From Nitrospirota bacterium (GTDB lineage: Bacteria; Nitrospirota; Thermodesulfovibrionia; Thermodesulfovibrionales; UBA9159), in NCBI GenBank assembly GCA_037441365.1, contig JBBISG010000003.1:14624-78623 (forward strand): a stretch of 64,000 bases of DNA. Reading direction: 5' to 3'. Each line of letters opens with the position of its first letter. Positions within the stretch are counted from its first letter, which is position 1. The notes under the pieces were generated by a model. That model saw nothing but the letters and a program-made list of their open reading frames with translations, was not told the DNA's origin and made no database searches. Below, in pieces: positions 27,346 through 35,125 of this stretch. Both the position numbers and the translations under genes were made by a program.

Positions 27346-28560
27346 ATGAGAATTATAATCATAGGCAATGGCGCTGCTGCCATAAGCGCAGTAGAGGCGA
27401 TACGGAGATGGAATAGAGATTGTGTGGTCACAATAGTGTCAAAGGAAAGAGAACCTGTGTATACCCCCTGTTTTCTCAGTAACTATCTGAGTGGAGAGAT
27501 CGATAAGGGTAGACTCTATATAAGAGACAGCCGTTTTTACGATGAAAATAAGATAGAAACGATATTTGGAAATGCTGCCCTTGAGGTCAGGGATAAATGG
27601 ATAAGGCTCTCGGATGGAAGAGAGCTGCCCTATGACAGGCTCTTGATAGCTGCTGGGTCAAGCCCTGTTGTCCCACAATTGCCTGATATGGAGGGGGAAG
27701 GTGTCTTTTCTTTCAAGACCATTGCAGATGCTGATGGTATTAGATCCGCCATTGCAGATGCAGGTGAAGCAGTGGTGATGGGAGCAGGCTTTATCGGTCT
27801 GGAGGTGGCAGAGGCCCTCAAGAAAAGGGGGGTTAAGGTTACTGTAATAGAGAGGGAAGACAGGATTCTCCCCAGAATGTTAGACAACGAGATGTCAGGG
27901 ATTGTGAGGGAACATTTAGAAAACAACGGGATAAGGATAATTACTGGGAAGGAAATAAGACTTATTCGGAGGGTCAGAGGGCGGCTTTCAGGTCTTGATA
28001 TCGGGGGAGAGACTGTCCCATGTAGATTGTTAATTTTAGCAGCAGGTGTTAGGCCGAATCTTGAGATGATCAGGGATGGATTTGTGAAGGTTCGAGATGG
28101 GATCCTGGTGGATGGCCGTATGAAAACAAATATCGACAATATCTATGCTGCAGGCGATATAGCTGAGATGGAGACCATAGGGATCAGGAAGATTAATCCC
28201 ATATGGTTCAATGCTGTAAAGGGTGGCGAAGTGGCAGGATTGAATATGATCGGCATCGAAAAGAGATACGACATCCCTCTGGTCGATATGAATGTGGTTA
28301 CTCTTTTTGGACTGTCTATCCTTTCCGCTGGTATTCAAGAAGGTGCCAAGACAATAAAGGTTCATGACTCTAAAGGCATCAGAAAGATTTATCTGGACGA
28401 GGACGGGCTTGTAGCAGGAGTGCAGTTGATAGGTAATGTTACAAAGGGCGGTCTTTATCTGTCACTCATTAATAAACGTCTTCCTGTAAAGGATGAGATG
28501 GGGATTCTATCCTATAGATTTAATTATGGCGTTATGTTAAAGCAGCAGGCCCACAGATGA
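27346..28560 (+). CDS. FAD-dependent pyridine-nucleotide-disulfide oxidoreductase (CODH-associated)
   Basis: 404 aa; two GxGxxA/G dinucleotide folds (IIIIGNGAAA, VVMGAGFIGLE), YAAGD motif. Confidence 0.85.
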   Translation: MRIIIIGNGAAAISAVEAIRRWNRDCVVTIVSKEREPVYTPCFLSNYLSGEIDKGRLYIRDSRFYDENKIETIFGNAALEVRDKWIRLSDGRELPYDRLLIAAGSSPVVPQLPDMEGEGVFSFKTIADADGIRSAIADAGEAVVMGAGFIGLEVAEALKKRGVKVTVIEREDRILPRMLDNEMSGIVREHLENNGIRIITGKEIRLIRRVRGRLSGLDIGGETVPCRLLILAAGVRPNLEMIRDGFVKVRDGILVDGRMKTNIDNIYAAGDIAEMETIGIRKINPIWFNAVKGGEVAGLNMIGIEKRYDIPLVDMNVVTLFGLSILSAGIQEGAKTIKVHDSKGIRKIYLDEDGLVAGVQLIGNVTKGGLYLSLINKRLPVKDEMGILSYRFNYGVMLKQQAHR

Positions 28561-28632
28561 CAATATGGTAATCGGTATGTCCGTATCTGGTCCTTAAAAT
28601 AAAACTTGACCTTTGGTTTAAAAATCAATAAA

Positions 28633-28642
28633 ATATGCATAT
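28633..28642. promoter_or_regulatory. ATATGCATAT palindrome overlapping the first ArsR start (candidate operator)
   Basis: same 10-mer recurs at 29010..29019; preceded by TTGACC-17-TAAAAT. Confidence 0.4.
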
Positions 28643-28973
28643 GCGAAAGGATAAGACACTCTTTGAGTTGCAATCCGATGTCTGTAAAACCCTTGCAAGC
28701 CCGAAGAGGATCGAGATACTCGATGCCCTGAAGAGCGGAGAGAAGACTGTTAGCGAGCTCGTGGAGATACTTGGTGTGCCAAAGGCAAATGTATCGCAAC
28801 ATCTTGCAGTGATGCGGTATAAGGGTATACTTAAATCGAGAAGGGAAGGGATAAACATATATTACAGCGTTTCGAATCCAAAGGTAATAGAGGCATGCAT
28901 TCTGATGAAAGAGGTCCTTATGGAGCAAATGAGAGAGAAGGGCAAGTTGGCAGAGATGGCATCAAGGGCATAA
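28635..28973 (+). CDS. ArsR/SmtB family transcriptional regulator
   Basis: 112 aa; LASPKRIEILDAL...VSELVEILGVPKANVSQHLAVMR wHTH; start may be ATG 28641 (leaderless). Confidence 0.85.
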   Translation: MHMRKDKTLFELQSDVCKTLASPKRIEILDALKSGEKTVSELVEILGVPKANVSQHLAVMRYKGILKSRREGINIYYSVSNPKVIEACILMKEVLMEQMREKGKLAEMASRA

Positions 28974-29009
28974 TTTTTTTCTTGGCAAAATATATTCAAA
29001 TATTATTAT

Positions 29010-29019
29010 ATATGCATAT
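29010..29019. promoter_or_regulatory. ATATGCATAT palindrome in the second ArsR promoter (candidate operator)
   Basis: embedded in TATATGCATATA, 6 nt upstream of ATG 29025. Confidence 0.4.
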
Positions 29020-29024
29020 AAGAT

Positions 29025-29369
29025 ATGCGTTCTATAGGTAGGAGAATAGAGGTCCTTCGGGTTATCGCCCATCCAACGAGGATCAGGATACTCGAGGAAC
29101 TTACAAAGGGTGTAAAGTGTGTGAGCGACCTTGAGGAGTTTCTCGAGATAAGTCAGCCGAATGTCTCACAGCATCTCGGCCTTTTAAGGCAGTATGGTTT
29201 GATTGACTATTACATGGATGGCAGGCTCAGGTGCTATTTTCTCAGGGACCCGATAATCCCTGATATCATAGAGATTCTGAAGAAGGATTACATCAGGGAG
29301 CTTCCAGCCCCTGCATGCTGTCCTGTAACAAAGAAGGGTAAATACCCGGGTAGGAGGGCATCAAAGTGA
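29025..29369 (+). CDS. ArsR/SmtB family transcriptional regulator (C-terminal CC motif)
   Basis: 114 aa; AHPTRIRILEEL...VSDLEEFLEISQPNVSQHLGLLR; PAPACCPV tail. Confidence 0.85.
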   Translation: MRSIGRRIEVLRVIAHPTRIRILEELTKGVKCVSDLEEFLEISQPNVSQHLGLLRQYGLIDYYMDGRLRCYFLRDPIIPDIIEILKKDYIRELPAPACCPVTKKGKYPGRRASK

Positions 29370-29396
29370 AAACAAGGGTGTCAGTAAGGAGGTAAG

Positions 29397-29753
29397 ATGG
29401 CAAAGAGATTTACATTGTTCCTGTCCACATCGCCTTATTCTTACGAGAACACGCTGACCACCATAAGGATCGCTGAGTCTGCTTTGAACAAAGGACATGT
29501 GGTGAATCTAATTGCATCAGGCGATGGGGTGTATTGTTTTTTGAAAGGTCAAAAGGCAAAGGGGGTACCTAATGCCGAAGAGAGATTCTCTGAACTTATC
29601 CAAAAGGGTTTAAGGGTCTATCTCTGAGGAGGCTGCATGAACTTTCGCCGTGCAGCGAAGGAAGACTATATTGACGGTGCAGAGGTGGGTTCTCTCAAGG
29701 GCCTCTTCAGGACCATGGGTGAGACGGATGTGTGGCTGAATATCGGTGTGTAA
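29397..29753 (+). CDS. DsrE/TusD-like sulfur-relay subunit with selenocysteine (UGA codon 77) at the active-site Cys position
   Basis: AAGGAGGT SD; 76-aa track ORF ...KGLRVYL-TGA(29625..29627)-GGCMNFRRAAKEDYIDGAEVGSLKGLFRTMGETDVWLNIGV-TAA; total 118 aa, normal DsrE length. Confidence 0.7.
29632..29656 (+). other. candidate bacterial SECIS hairpin (GCUGCAU-11 nt-GUGCAGC)
   Basis: 7-bp stem (one G-U) starting 5 nt 3' of the UGA. Confidence 0.4.
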
Positions 29754-29765
29754 CAGGAGGGCAAG

Positions 29766-30119
29766 ATGGGCAGGATTGCGATGATTCTCAGAAGGTCGCC
29801 ATATGGTGACATCAGTGCAGCAGAGGCTGTCAGGCATGCGATGGGAGGTGCTGCCGATGACCTCAGCATTAGCCTGATATTGGTTGACAGCGGGGTTTTC
29901 CTTGCGAAGAAAGGACAGGACGATGCAGGCACAGGGTATACAAATCTTGGAACTGCGTTAAAGGACTGTATCGATATGGGTGTGGAGGTTTATGCGGATA
30001 AGGCCTCTGTAAGGGAGAGGGATCTTGAAGCCGTAGATATTATAGATGGTGTGAGAATAGTTAATGGCTCTGAAATAGCGGAGATGCTGAAAGAAGCAGA
30101 GACAACAATGATCTTTTAG
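29766..30119 (+). CDS. DsrF/TusC-like protein
   Basis: 117 aa; ILRRSPYGDISAAEAVRHAMGGAA...LILVDSGVFLAKKGQD pattern. Confidence 0.75.
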   Translation: MGRIAMILRRSPYGDISAAEAVRHAMGGAADDLSISLILVDSGVFLAKKGQDDAGTGYTNLGTALKDCIDMGVEVYADKASVRERDLEAVDIIDGVRIVNGSEIAEMLKEAETTMIF

Positions 30120-30129
30120 GGAGGGCAAT

Positions 30130-30411
30130 ATGCTTGTAATAGTGAAGAACTCGCCTGACACCTTAGATGGTAGAAGGGGTATAAAACTTGCGCGTGATAT
30201 GGCTGCGGATCTGGTTCTTATACAGAATGGTGTTTATTTTGCTCAAAAGGAAAGGCTTGAAGGTTTTTGCGGGACTGCCTATGTTCTTGGCGAGGACATC
30301 GGACTCAGGGGACTGAAGGATGAAGATATCGAGAAGGGAGTAAGGAAATTGGATTATAACGGCCTTGTTGATCTGATGGCTGAGGAAGATAAGGTAGTGG
30401 GGATGTTTTAA
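30130..30411 (+). CDS. DsrH/TusB-like protein
   Basis: 93 aa; MLVIVKNSP...DLVLIQNGVYFA pattern. Confidence 0.7.
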   Translation: MLVIVKNSPDTLDGRRGIKLARDMAADLVLIQNGVYFAQKERLEGFCGTAYVLGEDIGLRGLKDEDIEKGVRKLDYNGLVDLMAEEDKVVGMF

Positions 30412-30438
30412 CACACACTCTGTATGAGGGGGGTAGCG

Positions 30439-31626
30439 ATGGCAAGGATACTAATTTTAGGTGGGTCATTTGGCGGGCTTACTGTAGCCTTTGAACTGAG
30501 AAGACTGCTGGGTAAGGATACAGATATAACCCTTCTGTGCGACATGGACAGGTTTGTGTTTATCCCATCCCTTCCATGGCTTGCAATGGGATGGAGGAGG
30601 GCGGAGGAAATAAGCCTTCCGCTGAAAGGGATTCTTGCCTCAAAAGGGATTCATTTTATCCATTCTGCGGCTATGTCTGTTGACCCTGAAAGGTCGATTG
30701 TAAAGACAGGGGATAGGGAATTCCCTTACGACTACCTTGTAGTTTCGACAGGCCCCTATCTCGCATTTGAAGAGGTTCCAGGTCTTGGACCTGAAAATGG
30801 CTATACAGAATGTATCTTCACACTTGAGCAGGCAGAAAGGGCAAACAGGGCATGGAATAGACTTCTTGAAAATCCAGGACCTGTTGTTATTGGCTCTGTA
30901 CAGGGTGTGAGTTGTTTTGGCCCTCCTTACGAATACGCCTTTGAGGTCGATACAGAGCTTAGAAGAATGAAGATGAGACACCGAGTGCCTATCTTCTTTG
31001 TCACCTCAGAACCATATATTGGCCATTTTGGAATTGGTGGATTAGGCAAATCAAGGAGAATCATGGAGGATGAGTTTGCCGAGAGGGATATCAGGGTTAT
31101 GGTAAATCAGGCGGTTGAGGAGATTACCCCTGAAGATGTGAGGCTAAAAGATGGGACAAGATTGCCCTTCAGGCTTGCCATGTTTGCACCCGCATTCAAG
31201 GGTGTTCCTGCTGTTGCACCCATCGGAAATCCGAGGGGTTTTATACCTGTGGATAAAAACTACAGACACACAAAGTATAAGAATATTTTCGCTGTTGGCG
31301 TTGCTATGGCGATTGCCCCTCCCGAGCCGACTCCTGTGCCCACCGGTGTGCCAAAGACAGGATATATGACAGTTAAGATGGCAAGGGCTGCAGCCTCTGC
31401 GATTGCTTCTGAAATCAGGGCTGAGACACCTCCCTCACCTGACGAACTGTCAGTTATCTGTCTCATGGATATGGGTAATACCGCTGCATATATGAAGGCG
31501 AAACCTGTTCTTCCGCCGAGACAGGAGTCTTTGCTTAAAAAGAGTATCTGGTTTAAGTCCCTAAAGGTCGGGTTCGAAAGGTATTTTCTCTGGAAGATGA
31601 AGCACGGATTGAGTAATTTACCATAA
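30439..31626 (+). CDS. sulfide:quinone oxidoreductase-like flavoprotein
   Basis: ILILGGSFGG FAD fold; conserved SQR cysteine contexts GVSCFGPPYEYAFE and VICLMDMGN; track start 30424 also possible. Confidence 0.8.
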   Translation: MARILILGGSFGGLTVAFELRRLLGKDTDITLLCDMDRFVFIPSLPWLAMGWRRAEEISLPLKGILASKGIHFIHSAAMSVDPERSIVKTGDREFPYDYLVVSTGPYLAFEEVPGLGPENGYTECIFTLEQAERANRAWNRLLENPGPVVIGSVQGVSCFGPPYEYAFEVDTELRRMKMRHRVPIFFVTSEPYIGHFGIGGLGKSRRIMEDEFAERDIRVMVNQAVEEITPEDVRLKDGTRLPFRLAMFAPAFKGVPAVAPIGNPRGFIPVDKNYRHTKYKNIFAVGVAMAIAPPEPTPVPTGVPKTGYMTVKMARAAASAIASEIRAETPPSPDELSVICLMDMGNTAAYMKAKPVLPPRQESLLKKSIWFKSLKVGFERYFLWKMKHGLSNLP

Positions 31627-31647
31627 TCTGAGATCTCAGGAGGGGAG

Positions 31648-34023
31648 ATGAAGAAACAATGGCTTGTTGAGTTTTCTGTTGACCATCCAAAAACCGTTGT
31701 CCTGCTCACAATAATTATCACTATTATCTTTATGACCCAGTTTCCAAAGATAAAGACAGACACAAATCCCAAAAACATGCTTCCTGCCACATCAGATGTA
31801 AGGGTATGGAATGATGAAGTTGACAGGATATTCGGACTTTATGAGGACACAATAGTAATCGGCATAAGAAATGAAAATGGAGTCCTGAATAAGGAGACCC
31901 TTGGAAAGATAAAGAGGATAACAGATGAGATACTGAAGATCAAGGGAGTTGCATCCAGTGATGTAAATAGCTTTCCTACAATTACAAATGTAACTGCTGA
32001 AAAGGGGACTTTAAGGGTAGCGCCTCTCATGACCGAAGTCCCAGAAACAGAAAGAAATATAAAGGCGCTTCAAAAGAACCTTTTTGAAAATCCCATACTC
32101 CTTGATCGCATTATCTCAAAGGATGGAAAGACGACAGCCATATATGTTCCCCTTGAAAAGGGAGCAAACGGTAAAGAGATTGCAGACAGGATCAGGGAGA
32201 TACTGAAGAATGAAAAAGGGGAGAAGGGCACCCAAAAAAGTCAAAGACTTTTTGGGGACCGCGGCGATGAGTTTTACATCGCAGGAGACCCTGTTGCAAG
32301 GGATACCTTTGGTGTTGAGATGTTCAAATTAATGGCGATCTTTGCTCCCCTTGCAGGTCTGATAATGCTTGTTGTGAGGTATCTCATGTTCAGGGATCTA
32401 TTCCTTTCAGTCACATTGATGATGGATGCAATGGTGAGCATTATCTGGAGCATGGGTCTTTTGATAGGGACAGGAATCCCTGTTCACATCATGAGTTCAA
32501 TGGCCCCTGTATTCCTTATGGCTATTGCAACAGACAGCATCCATATATTCAATGAATTCTACTTCCGTTTCAGAGAGAGCAAGGATAAGAGACTTGCAAT
32601 AGTAGAGACGATGAGGGCTGTTGGAAGGCCTGTCCGTTACACAGCAGCAGCAACTGCAGCAGGCTTTGCAGTCCTCCTCTTTATGCATATCATCCCTGTA
32701 AAGGTCTTTGGAGGTGTTGTCGCCTTTGGAACGATTGCCCTGAGGCTTCTGAGTTTCAGTTTCATCCCTGCTATGTTCATGTTTGTGAGCGAAAAGAAAC
32801 TTGAGGAGGCATCAAAGAGGGAGGATATAGAGGCAGGTGCATCGAGGCTTCTCAAAGGGCTTGCAAGGATAGGTGCAGAAAACCCTGTGAAGACAGCTAT
32901 TACAGGTCTTATCCTCTTTTTTGTAGCAATAGTCGGGATAACAAAGATAAATGTTAATAACAACATGGTGGACTGGTTCAAGAAGAAAAGCGAGATCCAC
33001 ATTGCTGACTCTGTTTTAAATAATGCCCTTGGCGGCACATCCCTCGGTTACATCGTGGCTATATCCTCAAAGGATGAGCATATCAAGACCCCTGAGGCAT
33101 TGAGATATATAGAAGGGCTCCAGAGGCACCTCGAAAAACTCCCTGTGGTTGGAAAGACCAGCTCAATAGCAGACCTCATAAAGAGGATAAACAGGGTGAT
33201 ACATGATAATGACCCTACTTACGACAGGGTTCCAGATTCAAAGGAGGTGATAGCCCAGTATCTATTCTTATTCAGCATGTCTGCAAGGCCCTCTGATATT
33301 GACAGCTTTATAGATTATCCAGCAAGAAGGGCAAACATGTGGGTCCAGTTAAAGACATGGGATGCAGAGGCAATGAGGGATGTGATAAAGGCTGTTGATG
33401 AGTATAAGAAGAAATCTCCTGCAGGAGACATAGAATTCAGACCTGCTGGCATTGCCTATTTCAATCTCGTCTGGAACGATGAGGTCCTCTGGGACATGGT
33501 AAAGGGCTTTGTCCTCGCAATCATAGCAGTCTTTGTGATATTGAGCCTTGACTTCCGCTCAATGAAATGGGCTTTCATTGCCTATATGCCGCTCCTGTTC
33601 ACGATTGTCCTCATCTACGGTGTAATCGGATATGTCGGCAAGGACTTTGATATGCCCATCTCCGTGCTTTCATGTCTCTCACTCGGTATGGCAGTGGACT
33701 TTGCCATTCATTTCATAAGCAGATTTAAACAGAGATTAAGAGAGAGTCAGGAGTCAGAAGTCAGGACTCAAAAGTTAAATCCTGAACTCCTTCGTGAAGC
33801 CTTGATCTGGACTGCTGCAAGGCCTGGAAAGGGAATCCTTCGTAATGCAGTTTTATTTGCATCGGCATTTTCAGTAATGCTCTTTGCACCACTTACACCC
33901 TATATAACCGTTGGTGCATTCATCGTAAGCATGATGATACTGAGTGCGATAATGACGATTATCTATCTGCCAGCCCTGATTACTTTAATGCAGGGGTGGT
34001 TATTCAAGGGAGGCACTAAATGA
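31648..34023 (+). CDS. RND-superfamily (MMPL/HpnN-like) exporter
   Basis: 791 aa; two 6-TM bundles with large loops; carries an in-frame palindromic element (32227..32260) and a heptamer-word segment (33744..33790). Confidence 0.85.
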   Translation: MKKQWLVEFSVDHPKTVVLLTIIITIIFMTQFPKIKTDTNPKNMLPATSDVRVWNDEVDRIFGLYEDTIVIGIRNENGVLNKETLGKIKRITDEILKIKGVASSDVNSFPTITNVTAEKGTLRVAPLMTEVPETERNIKALQKNLFENPILLDRIISKDGKTTAIYVPLEKGANGKEIADRIREILKNEKGEKGTQKSQRLFGDRGDEFYIAGDPVARDTFGVEMFKLMAIFAPLAGLIMLVVRYLMFRDLFLSVTLMMDAMVSIIWSMGLLIGTGIPVHIMSSMAPVFLMAIATDSIHIFNEFYFRFRESKDKRLAIVETMRAVGRPVRYTAAATAAGFAVLLFMHIIPVKVFGGVVAFGTIALRLLSFSFIPAMFMFVSEKKLEEASKREDIEAGASRLLKGLARIGAENPVKTAITGLILFFVAIVGITKINVNNNMVDWFKKKSEIHIADSVLNNALGGTSLGYIVAISSKDEHIKTPEALRYIEGLQRHLEKLPVVGKTSSIADLIKRINRVIHDNDPTYDRVPDSKEVIAQYLFLFSMSARPSDIDSFIDYPARRANMWVQLKTWDAEAMRDVIKAVDEYKKKSPAGDIEFRPAGIAYFNLVWNDEVLWDMVKGFVLAIIAVFVILSLDFRSMKWAFIAYMPLLFTIVLIYGVIGYVGKDFDMPISVLSCLSLGMAVDFAIHFISRFKQRLRESQESEVRTQKLNPELLREALIWTAARPGKGILRNAVLFASAFSVMLFAPLTPYITVGAFIVSMMILSAIMTIIYLPALITLMQGWLFKGGTK
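32227..32260. repeat. palindromic element, slightly degenerate copy inside the RND CDS
   Basis: GGCACCCAAAAAAGTC-AAA-GACTTTTTGGGGACC, translated in frame as GTQKSQRLFGD. Confidence 0.85.
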
Positions 34024-34826
34024 GAAAATCCAAGATTCTATCTATCTGTCTTCTGTTGTCTGTCCTCTGTCTTCTAACCTCTAAGGCCATTGCCATTACA
34101 CCAGAGGATGTAATGAAGAAATCACAGGCTGCGTTTCTGTATCAGGGAAAGGACTTCAAGGCACGGGTAATAATGAAACTCATAAGCAGGGGTGGTCAGG
34201 AAAGGATAAGGGAGCTCACCATGCTGAGGAAGAACTATGGTGAGCCTGGCGGCAATCAGAAATATTTTATCTATTTCTTCCAGCCTGCTGATGTAAAGGA
34301 TATGACATTTATGGTCTACAAATATCCTGCAAGAGACGATGACAGATGGCTCTTTGTGCCTGCCATAAATATGGTCAGGAGGATTGCTGCTCAGGATAAG
34401 CGCTCAAGCTTTGTTGGTTCTGATTTTACATATGAGGATGTCTCTGGAAGGGATATTGATGATGACACCCATACAATTCTGAAGGAAGAAAAACTTGGAG
34501 AAAGGGCCTGCTATGTGATAAAGAGCACACCAAAGGCAGGAGATATGGATTATAGCTACAAACTATCATGGATTGATAAGGCAAACTTTCTGCCTTTAAA
34601 AGAAGAATACTACGACAGAAAAGGTGAACTCTATAAGGTCTTCACTGCTGATGAAATAAGGGAGATAAAGGGATTTCCTACGGTGACGAAGAGGACGATG
34701 AAAAATCTCCAGAGCGGGCACAGGACAGAGGTTACATTCATAAAGGCTGATTACAACATCGGCATTGAGGATAGCCTATTTTCAGAACGTTTTTTAAAAC
34801 AACCACCAAAAAGGTGGATTGATTAA
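34020..34826 (+). CDS. LolA-like outer-membrane lipoprotein-sorting family protein
   Basis: 268 aa with signal peptide; ATGA overlap with the RND gene; typical RND-MMPL neighbour. Confidence 0.65.
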   Translation: MRKSKILSICLLLSVLCLLTSKAIAITPEDVMKKSQAAFLYQGKDFKARVIMKLISRGGQERIRELTMLRKNYGEPGGNQKYFIYFFQPADVKDMTFMVYKYPARDDDRWLFVPAINMVRRIAAQDKRSSFVGSDFTYEDVSGRDIDDDTHTILKEEKLGERACYVIKSTPKAGDMDYSYKLSWIDKANFLPLKEEYYDRKGELYKVFTADEIREIKGFPTVTKRTMKNLQSGHRTEVTFIKADYNIGIEDSLFSERFLKQPPKRWID

Positions 34827-35125
34827 AAGAAGAATCCTTTTATCAGAAATGCCACAATGCCTATGAGGTTTAAGATTACAATTATATATAATCTGTCAAA
34901 GCGTTTGTTAATGTTATCAAAGCGTTCGTTGACATCAAGCATGAAGGTGTCAAAGCGTTTGTTGGTTTCGTCAATTCGCTTATTGATATTAGCAAATTCT
35001 TCTTTTATTTCTGATTTAAAATCCCTTATCTCAGCCCGTATTAAGTCCAATTCCCTGAAGATAAAAGTTAGGGGGTCTGCCTTATACAGAATATCTTCTT
35101 TCTTTTCTTCTGTTTGCGGTGCCAT
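34823..35125 (-). CDS. coiled-coil protein with C-terminal TM anchor (XhlA-like architecture), nested antisense in an operon gap
   Basis: MAPQTEEKKED...INKRIDETNKRFDTFMLDVNERFDNINKRFDRLYIIVILNLIGIVAFLIKGFFF; NKRFD repeats mirrored by TCAAAGCGTTTGTT nucleotide repeats. Confidence 0.35.
   Translation of the reverse strand: MAPQTEEKKEDILYKADPLTFIFRELDLIRAEIRDFKSEIKEEFANINKRIDETNKRFDTFMLDVNERFDNINKRFDRLYIIVILNLIGIVAFLIKGFFF

Noticed and set aside
30409-30441. Recoding between the dsrH-like gene and the SQR gene (same frame), and between other same-frame neighbours (19356/19378, 28973/29025, 24552/24796)
   Set aside because: The stops are TAA or TAG, not TGA. Additional in-frame stops or clear SD and start signals follow. 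Both flanking proteins have complete lengths.
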